64,000 nt of DNA, from NCBI GenBank assembly GCA_002269645.1, contig NIVC01000296.1, forward strand, positions 248,001-312,000, read 5' to 3'. Position 1 is the stretch's first letter. Every line of letters starts with the position of its first letter. Positions 1-11,000 of this stretch are shown here, one piece after another. The DNA is from Macrostomum lignano. Lineage: Eukaryota. The position numbers and the translations under genes were made by a program. Below the pieces are notes generated by a model. The model was given only the letters and a program-made list of their open reading frames with translations. It was not told where the DNA came from and ran no database searches.

Positions 1-164
1 TGCGGTCAATTTGTAAATAAAATTTTCGTCGGTATAATCTCAAAATTACATTTAAAAACTTGTGTCAAAATCATCTTGACAGCTCAAGCAACTGAAGAGC
101 GGCTGAAACTAAGTTATAAACAAGAAACTTTAATTTGGTTTAAATGGTTTAAATGTTTTTTCGG

Positions 165-365
165 CAATGTGAAGTTTCGGCCTTATGAAAGAGCGTGCTA
201 ATCATTTTGGCAAAGTGAAGTTTCGGCCTAGTGAAGTTTCGGCCTAGTGAAAGAGGCTGCTAAAATGATTTTTCCGCAATGTGAAGTTTCGGCCTAGTGA
301 AGTTTCGGCCTTGTGAAGGAAGATGCTTTCGGCGAAGTGAAATTTCGGCCTAGTGAAACCCCCCC
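165..365. repeat. Cluster of ~16-bp GTGAAGTTTCGGCCTA motifs ending in GTGAAACCCCCCC; probable subterminal repeats of a non-autonomous DNA transposon end
   Basis: Motif at 169, 215, 231, 281, 297, variant at 337, partial copies at 247, 313, 353. No partner end seen in the window. Confidence 0.55.
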
Positions 366-905
366 AGCGCCGCGCTCCTCAGCTGATTGACAGCAGCAGG
401 GGGAGAGTTTGCCTGGCTTGAGTGTCCTTTCCCAGCCCGGCAACCAGACACTCCTCTTGCTCCCCCCCCCTTCCTGCTTGTCGCGCACAATAAATGGCAC
501 AAGCGGCGGCCCTCTGACTACGCAGAATTCATTCTCTTCTTTAGATTCTCCCAACATGCTCACCCCAGCGTGAGGGATGCTGCAGTGAGCTGCTGACAGT
601 CCCTTCCTGTGTTGGTACTTTGGAACCCGCAAAACTGCATTAGGACTGAACTATATTAGCTTTAACTATGAGTAATTCTATAGAGATTCCAATTCTGTCC
701 TTTTTATTCATTTTATTGTTTGCTGGCACCTGTGCTTTTTTGCCAGTTGATTTAGGGAAATACCATCCAATGACTATGGGCATATGCGGATTTGAATTTT
801 GTACTTTTAAACCGTTTTGCATGGCTTTTTTAAATTTCATTACATCTCCCATCTCTCTCTCTATATATATATCCTGACTCCAACTCAATCTCAATCCTCT
901 CTCAC

Positions 906-1417
906 CCTGACGGTGGCGTTGACACCCAGGCTCGGCAGGCCGCTGTCCCAGCAGGCCACCTGGAAGCGGTGCTCCGCCTGAGACTCCCGGTCCAACCGCT
1001 TCGTCAGTACCAGCCGGCCCGTGTGCCGCACCGCCTGCACCGGCGGAGGCTCCGAGCCCGCCGCGGGGACCACCTCAACTGACGTCGTCTGGCCGGCGTC
1101 CTCGTCGACGCAGACTGCGACGCCCACAGCTCGACCAATCGGCGTCGCCTCCGACACCGTCAGCACGATGTCGCCGGTGGCGGCGCTGACATTCCGGAAG
1201 GCCGGCGGTCGCGAGTTCGAGGCCTGATAGCTGACCAGCACCGTGGCGAAGTCGGCGGATGTCGTCGTCGATCCGGACGACAGCGGCAGCGTCGCCTTGA
1301 CAACGAAGGCAAAGTCGGCGGCCTCGAGAACGGCCCGGCTCGGCCGGAGTTCCAGGCCGACCAGCTGAAACGGCGGCGGCTGTGGCAGCGTCGGATCGGC
1401 GACAATCGACAAGGACA

Positions 1418-1452
<35 letters not shown>

Positions 1453-2287
1453 ACAAGCTCTAAAGTGCCGACCGGATCTGTCAGCGAGGCGCCCAACCTG
1501 GCAACAAAGAAGAAAAAGCCGCGGACGAACTTGGCGCCGCCAGCCGAGGCGTTGAGTCGGACGCGGAAGCTGCCAGACGCCGAGTGTTCGCCACCGTCCA
1601 CGACAGTCACGCTGAGGTTGAAGTCGGACCGGTCGGGTTTGCCGACCAGCCAGAGGTCGCCGGAGAATCGGCCGATGGCGAACACCGTTGAATGCGTCGA
1701 CGGCTCGATGGCCAGGCTGTAGGCCAGCGGAGGGTAGCCATCAAGGTCCGTGGCTCGAATCTGGGTCAGCCGCTGACCGGGCCGGGCATCGGCGGCCAAG
1801 GTCAGGTCGGGATTCGGTTGCAGCAGCGGCTTCTGGTTGTTCAGATTGACGATGCGGACCAGCAAAGTGCACTTGGCCGTCATCAGCGGGTCATCTTCGG
1901 AGGCGGCTACCACGGCCAAGGAATGGTTGGACTGCAGACTGTAGTCCGGCGGAGTGGCCACGGTCACCAGCCCGGTGTCTTCGTTGATGGCGAAGCCGCT
2001 GCCGCCGCCGCCGCCGCCGCCACTCAGCAGGCGGTATTTCACCCGGCTGTCATCGTCGATGGCCCAGACTCGAGCAACTGGCGCGCCCGCGGGCGATTTC
2101 TCGGGCAGAACGGCGGCGTAGACCAGCTGGGCGAAGCGGGGGCCGCAGTCGTCCCGGTTGCTCAACCGGATGTCGACTCGAGTCAGCGCCGCCTGCTGCG
2201 CGGTGGACGCCTGAACGACCAGCCGGTAGCTGTGGCGGGTTTCATAGTCCAGGGCCGACGCGTTGGTGGTTGCCACCGTTATGGCAC
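906..2287 (-). CDS. ds: Dachsous-like protocadherin, second coding exon in window (about EC18-EC22); gene continues off the left edge
   Basis: Acceptor CCCCCAG|GT at 2288/2287 joins the phase-1 donor at 8033 to give FAINPLTG-AITVATTNASALDYET. Cadherin motifs LDYE, LDRE, DxD. Donor AGG|GTGAG at 906/905, phase 0. Confidence 0.85.
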
Positions 2288-2387
2288 CTGGGGGTTTGGG
2301 TTTTGTTGGGTTTCAATGTCAGTCAGCTACCAGTCTTTAATCTGCTCCCACGGTGTTTTTGTCTGCCTCATAGATCAGTCAACATCC

Positions 2388-2560
2388 TTGAATCTGCCTT
2401 CCCGCTCCCCGTGTCCCTGAATCTGCCTCCCCGCTCCCCGTATCCTTGAATCTGCAACCCCGCTCCCCGTATCCTTGAATCTGCAACCCCGCTCCCCGTG
2501 TCCCTGAATCTGCCTCCCGGCTCCCCGTGTCCCTGAATCTGCCTCCCCGCTCCCCGTGTC
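2388..2560. repeat. 29-bp minisatellite (GAATCTGCCTCCCCGCTCCCCGTGTCCCT), ~6 copies
   Basis: Period 29 seen directly (GAA at 2419 and 2448); grades into the 23-bp array. Confidence 0.85.
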
Positions 2561-3794
2561 CCTCTGAATCGGCCTGTCTACTCCCTCTGAATCGGCCTGT
2601 CTACTCCTCTGAATCGGCCTGTCTACTCCCTCTGAATCGGCCTGTCTACTCCCTCTGAATCGGCCTGTCTACTCCCTCTGAATCGGCCTGTCTACTCCCT
2701 CTGAATCAGCCTGTCTACTCCTCTGAATCGGCCTGTCTACTCCCTCTGAATCGGCCTGTCTACTCCCTCTGAATCGGCCTGTCTACTCCCTCTGAATCAG
2801 CCTGTCTACTCCCTCTGAATCGGCCTGTCTACTCCCTCTGAATCAGCCTGTCTACTCCCTCTGAATCAGCCTGTCTACTCCTCTGAATCGGCCTGTCTAC
2901 TCCCTCTGAATCGGCCTGTCTACTCCCTCTGAATCGGCCTGTCTACTCCCTCTGAATCGGCCTGTCTACTCCCTCTGAATCAGCCTGTCTACTCCCTCTG
3001 AATCAGCCTGTCTACTCCCTCTGAATCGGCCTGTCTACTCCCTCTGAATCGGCCTGTCTACTCCCTCTGAATCGGCCTGTCTACTCCCTCTGAATCAGCC
3101 TGTCTACTCCCTCTGAATCAGCCTGTCTACTCCCTCTGAATCAGCCTGTCTACTCCCTCTGAATCAGCCTGTCTACTCCCTCTGAATCGGCCTGTCTACT
3201 CCCTCTGAATCAGCCTGTCTACTCCCTCTGAATCGGCCTGTCTACTCCCTCTGAATCGGCCTGTCTACTCCCTCTGAATCGGCCTGTCTACTCCCTCTGA
3301 ATCAGCCTGTCTACTCCCTCTGAATCAGCCTGTCTACTCCCTCTGAATCGGCCTGTCTACTCCCTCTGAATCGGCCTGTCTACTCCCTCTGAATCGGCCT
3401 GTCTACTCCCTCTGAATCAGCCTGTCTACTCCCTCTGAATCGGCCTGTCTACTCCCTCTGAATCGGCCTGTCTACTCCCTCTGAATCGGCCTGTCTACTC
3501 CCTCTGAATCAGCCTGTCTACTCCCTCTGAATCAGCCTGTCTACTCCCTCTGAATCAGCCTGTCTACTCCCTCTGAATCGGCCTGTCTACTCCCTCTGAA
3601 TCGGCCTGTCTACTCCCTCTGAATCGGCCTGTCTACTCCCTCTGAATCGGCCTGTCTACTCCCTCTGAATCGGCCTGTCTACTCCCTCTGAATCGGCCTG
3701 TCTACTCCCTCTGAATCAGCCTGTCTACTCCCTCTGAATCGGCCTGTCTACTCCCTCTGAATCGGCCTGTCTACTCCCTCTGAATCGGCCTGTC
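2561..3794. repeat. 23-bp minisatellite (GAATCGGCCTGTCTACTCCCTCT), ~53 copies, in ds intron
   Basis: Homogeneous tandem array with G/A variant and occasional 1-bp deletions. Confidence 0.95.
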
Positions 3795-5528
3795 GCAGAA
3801 TCTCGCAGACACTAAGTCCCTATTATAGCTCGCATATTCTTCTTCAACTTGTCAACAACTTATGCAGCAGTGTTTGAGTAGAGAGAGAAGGATAATTAAT
3901 CAAACAAAAATTTTCAAAGGTCAAGTGGGCGAAAGCCCTGAATTCTTGATACCCTGAATTCTGTTAATGGTCTTACTTATTCAAATTAAATTATATCTAA
4001 CCATTGACTTTAATTAGTCTTTATTCCTTAACTTTGAGAGTAAGAGAAATAAGGTCCATACTCCGCAGGCCTGAGAACTTCGAGACTATAGCTTTTCGTG
4101 AAGTTCACGTAAGTAAACCATTCTAGAAAGCTCTTATTTTCTAAAGAAGCTCATTTGCATGGCTGACCTGAGTTTTGTGGCCCTACGCTAAACCACATAG
4201 CTAATACACTACTGAATAGAATGCTGCGAGGTTAAGCCCCGTGAGAATTAGCCTGAATGAACGTGGGAAACTCTCAACTTTTATAGGAAGTCCAAATCTT
4301 GGACTGCGACTTTATAATATGGCAAAGCAAGTGGACTCCAATCGTGATTGACAGGGGATTAACAGCAACCTGTGTTCAGAACACAAGATTCAACCTGTGT
4401 TCTGAATCTTGCTGTAGGTTAAGAATATCAACTAGCGATACAAGAAACTAAGAAGCAGCCAACAGTATAAAGTTGAAAAGGCGATATGCCAGACCGAATC
4501 ACTTAGGACCAGACAGTCAGACCGACTGGCAGATTTCTACTCCTATAGGCTCGGAGAGATGCTTATCCCCTCCCGGAAAAATCCCCTCAGGGCGGGGTGT
4601 CAAGGAGGAAATGGCGAGTAGGGAAAGCGTTGCATGGATACCGCATACTGAAATCCCAAGCAGCTGACACTAATTCTTGGTTCCGTCTATCCCGCGCAGC
4701 CCCCAAGCCCCCTGGGGGTCTTCCTCCCTTCTTAACAAGACCTCCTGTGTTCAGTTTAATACTCGCGGAGACTGCCGAGATCGAGTATTGGAGGCTGCCC
4801 CGGCGGCATCTGCTGCTTCTCGACGGGGGGTGCGCGAGACGGCTGCTGCTGCATCGGAAAAAGCAGCCAGGGAGGGCAAAACTCTCTGATCTCCCCTCAT
4901 CTCCCCAGCCTCTCCCAGCTCCAAGTAATTATTTCGAGCAAATCAAAATAACCCGAAGCCCTGACGCCCACCTTGCTTCCCAAATCCCCAAGGAAGCTGG
5001 ACGTGAGAGATGAAGATCCAAAGCTTATCGAACTGCTCGAGGGAGGTTGTCGGTTAAAATCAGTTAGCACTACCCCAAGGGAATTCATAGCACTACGGTG
5101 CAATACTGCTTTTTTTCTAAAATTCTTTCTACTTGCTTTTTTAGACAATATTCTCCATCATGTTACAATTTGAGTACGGCTGAATGCACATAAAACCTCT
5201 AGTATCGTGCGTGTTTCCCTTTTTTTCTCCATTTCCAGCCCCGTGATGCGGTCCCAATCCCGGACCTCAGACAACTGGGCCATAAATTGTAGCGGCTGCA
5301 TTCTTGTCACCGCGGGCAGGAAATTGCTGTGGCAAAGGTGGCGGTCTGGGGGGGGGGCGGCTGGCTTCTTATTTTTTTGCCGGGAGGGCAGGCGCACTAA
5401 AATGCCGCCGTTTCCACCTCCTAGCAGCGTTTGCATGGGCAATAAACCCCGATCGTACGATTGTAAGTTGGTGCAGGCCTTTTGGACCTCGGGAGTTTCA
5501 ATCGTAAAATATAGAATCTGCGTGGATC

Positions 5529-5530
<2 letters not shown>

Positions 5531-5575
<45 letters not shown>
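5531..5575. repeat. (GA)n microsatellite
   Basis: Perfect dinucleotide run; shorter GA runs near 5737 and 5845. Confidence 0.95.
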
Positions 5576-5578
<3 letters not shown>

Positions 5579-6339
5579 TTGCAAGAGCGGAAAAATGAGG
5601 AAGTTTCTCCTTGATGGTCTACGCAAATTCGTTTTGTTCAAACTTTAAGTACTTTTTTGCGACTATTTGAATCAGGCGACATTTCGGGAATCCATTTGAA
5701 GCTTGGGGGATTTCTAAAGCGGATGGCTCGATACAAGAGAGAGAGAGAGAGAGCAACGCACCTGATTGTGCAGAGTTGAGGTCGATGAGTCAGTCGCCTT
5801 GCTCCCTTTCGGCTCGCAAAACCACCTTGAAGCCAGGTTGAGAATGAGAGAGCGAGAGAGAGAGAGAGAGAATAAGGAACAGCCAGTGAAAGAAGTCAGC
5901 CAAGCCTGTCAGCTAGACATGACATGAGCAAACTCTGACATAATGAAGGAGGCTGAGAGACTCACAAAAGAATAGCCTTTTAATAGGATTGAGGGGCGGG
6001 CCTTGCGTGAGTGCGCTCGCGCCCGCCTTTGTGCCTGGCCAGTGATTGGCATATTACACACAAATTAAAGCCAAAGACGGAAATGCAAGAGAGAAGGGAA
6101 CTGAGTCTAGCCGATAAGAACTCTGTGTTTGTATACTCTACCGCTGAGTTTGCTCTGCGATGAATATTGTATGATCAAACTCTGCACAAATACGGATACT
6201 ATATAGTTTATAAACTTCTACAGGGTTCTAAAACCAACAAATTATTATGTCTCAATGTTAAAACGTTGTTACTGCACTTTCACTAGCTTGTGAAAGTCAC
6301 TTTCTGTAACCAATATTTCCTTCCAGTAATAAAAATACC

Positions 6340-6665
6340 AATAATAATAATTTAATTTATTACACCTGCCCTAATTGGGCCAGATGTGCAACCGACAGCT
6401 CAAGCGCAGCTATTGCGCGGCGCATCTGAAGGCTGCGTACGGCTGTTCAGTCCAAGGACTGGGGGGTCGCCACACACACCCTCAATTACCCCAGCTAATG
6501 CTGGCACCCATTTTACAGCTAGATGAACTGAAGCAATGCAGAGTTAAGTGTCAAAGACTGCTCAAAGAAGTGCTTAAAGACGCAAATTTTTTCGAGTGGG
6601 TCGAGAATCGAACCCCCAACCTTCAAGTCGTGAGTCCGAAGCTCTAACCACTAGGCTACAACCCC
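6340..6665 (-). mobile_element. tRNA-derived CORE-type SINE, near full length
   Basis: Minus strand: tRNA-like head with A box TAGCCTAGTGG and B box GGTTCGATTC, CORE-like block (…CACTTAACTCT…CTGTAAAATGGG), 3' GGCAGGTGTAA followed by (TTA)n tail. Two more copies at ~26 and ~27 kb. Confidence 0.8.
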
Positions 6666-8032
6666 CTCCAGTGCTCAGGTCCAAAGATGGCTCAATCGAC
6701 CAGACGTTCCTATCATGTCAACCTATCTCACTTCATAAAAAGATAGCAGACAAGCAATTATGGACACCGAGAATGAGTCTGTGGCTCCGAAAGGTCTGCT
6801 TGAGCCACTTAGCGGCTGCAGCACTGCGGCAGTGCCTGCGCCAACCCCCCCCCCAGCCCCTCCCGCCGCCGCTGGCACACAAAGGCAGCCTTGTTTAACA
6901 AGACAATTTTCTAGTCAACTGCAAAAGTAGATTTAGCAAAGTTCGCCTCTCTCGATCTACCTCTGTCGCTCTCTAGGATTGCATGTGTCGCCTCTGTCGC
7001 CAGTTCAGAATGAGCTTAGAATTTACACTCCACTGACTCTGCATTCTTTTTTGCTCCGTTTTTTCGCTATTCTAAACCCTGCTCTAGTGCTCTAGTGCTC
7101 TAGTGTCACGTTATAGAATACCTGCTCTCTGTCATCTCTGCACATCTGAGTACAGATATTTCTCAGGCGCAGTCAGTGTACACTTTGATACCTAGAATCT
7201 ATTGAGAATTCATTGTAATACTGATTGTCAAAAGCAGTTCCAAACAGTAAAAAAGTGCAAATCCCCATATGAGTCGGCGCCCCACCCATTCAAGCCAAAT
7301 TAGGGGAAGAGCTGGGGAAATAAGGTAGAGAGAAAGAAGAGGAAGAGAGCTTTAAGAGGCTGCAGCTCCTGATCCTGTCGCTTCTTCTTCTTCTTCTGTG
7401 TCCGCTTCATTTTAGGGCAAATCTAGTTTCTTCTCTTATTTAATGAGAGATTTATTGAAGAAGGCTTACCTAAGGTCCCTGCTTTGATCGCTGAGCCTTG
7501 AGCACTGTGCTCTCACTCAATCTCTTGCCCCTTCTAATGGGCCTGCATCAGCAAACTCAGTGTTGAGCACACCTCAGCTTTGCCGCTTTTAGGGTCAGGT
7601 AAGGCCACTAAATGAGTAAGCCTTGAGAGATTAACGGGAGTGCCGAGCAGTGCATTGATGCCGCGTCCATGGGCTGAGGCTGGGTGGGACGGGAACAGCA
7701 ATGAGAAATCCACAGTTTCTAAAGAGATTATCAAACTTCACGAAAAGGCTCTCTTTTTGCGATGCTGAGATGGGAATATAGGAACTAGATGTGGAGAGTG
7801 AGTAACACACCAAACTACTCGGGTTCGATTTCGTACGCAGCCTCATTAATTTTGGCTCGTGTACAGAAATCGACCTGGGCCTTGCCTTCAATCAGGGTCA
7901 ATGTAATCCCTGTGGGAGAATATTTACCGGCGCCTGCGTATCCGTGTTGGTGTAGGCGGTCTCGAGGGTCACCCATGAGAACTGCTGTAACCAACTACAT
8001 GTAGGGTGGAACAAAACCAGCCGGACTCTTAC

Positions 8033-11000
8033 CTGTCAATGGATTGATTGCGAATTTTCCCTCCTCATTGCCGGCCACGATGGCGTACCGGCTGGCCGGC
8101 GGGACAGTCGACACCGTCAGGCAAGCGGCCGTGGCGTCGCTGAGCGGACAGGCTCCAGCTGGCGAGTTCTCCGGCAGCGCGGCCGAGTAATTGACGTAGG
8201 CGAATGCGAGAGCCGGACTCGGGGAGCCCAGCTGCACAACAAGCCGAGTGACCGAGGCCAGAGGTGCCGGCAGTCCAGTGTCTCTGGCCCGCACTTCGAA
8301 CGAGTGGAAGCTGACTGAAGCGGGCGATGCGGCGAGGCTGCGCAGCAGCGTAACCCGACCGGAAGTTTCGTCCACCGACAGCAAGTCGTTGGACTCGATG
8401 CTGTACTTCACGGCGCTGTTCACCGGCGAGCTGTCCGCGTCGGTTGCTCTGAGGGTCGTCAGCAGGGCGCCAGGTGCGAGAGGGGCGCTGACTTGGTAAT
8501 AGTAATAAGCAGTCTGGAACACCGGTCGCTCGTCATTGGCGTCGAGCACTTCGATTTCGACGTTGACCATGGAAGACATTGGATTCTCCTGGCTGTAGTC
8601 GGTGGCGATCACAGATGCTGACACGAACGACTCCAGCTCCTTGTCCAGACGCCGCGCCAGTCGGATCTCCCCAGTGTCCGGGTCGATGCCGACCGTGTCG
8701 GGCTTGCCCAGCAGGGAGTAGGTCACTCGGCCATTGACGCCGGCATCACGATCCGTTGCGGTTACATTCAGCACCGAGGCGCCAACTGGGGCGTTCTCGG
8801 ACACAGCGGCCGTGTAGAGGCCGCGTTGGAATGTCGGAGCAAATCGATTCACTGGGAGCACCCGGACAGTCACAGTGGTGCGGCCAACAAGGCCTCCGCC
8901 GTCTGTGGCTGTCACATTCAGCAGATACTGGCTGGCTGCTGAGGAGTCCAGCGCTGAGCAGGAGAGCTCGCCGCTCTTTGGATCCAGAATGAACTGCAGC
9001 CCACCGCTGCCCTCGATGGCGTACGTGACTTCGCCTGCCGGTCCGCGGTCCAGATCGTAGGCAGCCAAAGTGAGCAGGCCGGAGTACGCCTGGCCCTCCG
9101 GCACATCCGTGTAGTAGGCGCTGAGAAACACCGGCGCGTGCTCGTTTGCGTCCACCAAGTTCACGGCAACTTCGGTGGTTCCAAGACGGCTGGGGCGGCT
9201 TGCTTTGTCAGCCAGGAGGCCGGTCAACCGGTAAGTAAGCCGATAGTCATCGGGAAGCGGCCGGGCCAGTCGTACCTGGCCAATGACCGGATCAATCGAA
9301 AACAAATTGTCATAGAGGCCATAGGGTAGGCGGAATTCCAGCGATCCTACTCGTTTCTGAGCGTCTAGCAAGATCACATCCTGGCCCTGAGCAGCTCGCG
9401 AGCTAATACTTGTACTGTAGATAGACTGCTGGAACTTTGGCTTGTCCGCGCCTCCGAAGCTTACGAAGGGAATGTCGGTTGAGCGCCAATTTGTTTGACG
9501 CGAGCTCAGCGGGCCACTGTCTGTTGCGGACGCGTTCACTGCGATTGTCGCTGTTCCAGCGGCTAGCAGCCGCACCAGACCGAACTCGTCTATGGCCACC
9601 GCGTCACCGGGACTGACGCTGAACGATAGAGTGCCATTTAACCGCGGGTCATTATCGACGCCTTCAACATGGGAAATTATCGCACCAGCTTTATCTGTGG
9701 AAAGATAGAAAGCGCCGGTATCGAATGACAGACTAGGAGCATGATCGTTTACATCCTTAATAACTATGGTGACGATTACTGCTCTAGTTTTTGAGCAAAG
9801 AGGAACAGTTTGACATCTATCGGTCACAAAAACTCCGATTTGCGTTGCTTCACCGAGTGTCTCCCGATCTAGCGACTGCAGTATGACGAGCTTTCCAGCC
9901 TTTTCATCGATCGCAAAGAGTGCCGTTGGCTCAGCTAAAGAATACGCGATTGTTCCGTTCAAGCCTAGGTCTGGATCAGTTACAGAGAAGGTGTGAATCA
10001 GTGAGCCACCGGGCAGGTCTTCTGCTACGCTGATTGTTGGAGACAAGTCTTCGTCACCAATTCTCGGTGCGTTGTCATTCTCGTCCAGTATAGAGATGGT
10101 TAGGGAGACAGTTGAAGACTGAGGCTGGCCGGGGGCTCTCTCTGTGGCGTCGGTGACCAATATTTCGTACGTGTGCACCGAGACAGCTTCTCTGTCTAAA
10201 GGTCGGTTCACGTAGATCTTTCCAGAGTTCACAGACACCCAAAAAGCCCCATCCGCTGCCGCTTGCAACGTATAATACGCCTTTGTCGATGGAGCTTTGA
10301 TTTGACCAACAAGGTGACCAACTTTGGCTGACTCGCTAGCCGTCATGAGCACAGAACTGTTGGGCCAGACGGGCACCCGTGAGACGGTCAGGGATAACTG
10401 GGAAGTGTCAGTTAAGTCGCCACCATCGCTTACAGTCAGCTGACCGATCCAATGACCCGGCGTCAGACGCTTTACAGTTGACAAGACCCCTGTAACCCTA
10501 TTCACGGACAAATATTCGGACACAGGGCCGCTGAGACTGAAGCTGAGAGTTGCTCCGAGTCCAAGGTCGGGGTCGGTTGCGTCCACTACTAGAAGACTGG
10601 CCGCAGCAGGTGTTTGATCAGTGGCAGACACGGCGTAGCTTTTGAGTCGAAATTTCGGTGCAACATCGTTGACGTCAGTAACTATGACTGCTACCTGGAC
10701 AGTTGCAGTTCGACTCGGAGATCCTACATCGTAGGCTTCGACCTTAAGTGAGTACGAGCTCAAAGTTTCCCGATCGAGTGGAGCCGACGTTTTTAACGTA
10801 CCGCTTAACTCTCCGATGGTAAAACTGCCGCTGGGATCGATCAGTCGATATTTCACCGCCGCATTGAGACCCAGGTCCATGTCCGTAGCCAGCACTGTTC
10901 CCAAGGCGGTCCCTGGAGAAACATTTTCGGGCGTCCTGAACCAGTAGCCAGCCGGTTGGGAGAACTCCGGTGAGTGATCGTTGGTGTCGATAACTCGCAC

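Noticed and set aside
640-894. 84-aa minus-strand ORF with faint resemblance (KDRIGISIELLIVKANI) to hAT transposase C-termini
   Set aside because: Short, AT-rich and intronic; the resemblance is by eye only, with no catalytic motifs.
891-905. ORF-track extensions of cadherin exons (891-905, 7995-8032) and of Islet exons beyond the splice sites
   Set aside because: They read through strong GT donors into introns; spliced junctions restore conserved motifs.
1021-2420. Plus-strand ORFs over the cadherin exons (e.g. 1692..2420, and similar ones in 8248-13551)
   Set aside because: Antisense shadows of GC-rich coding sequence.
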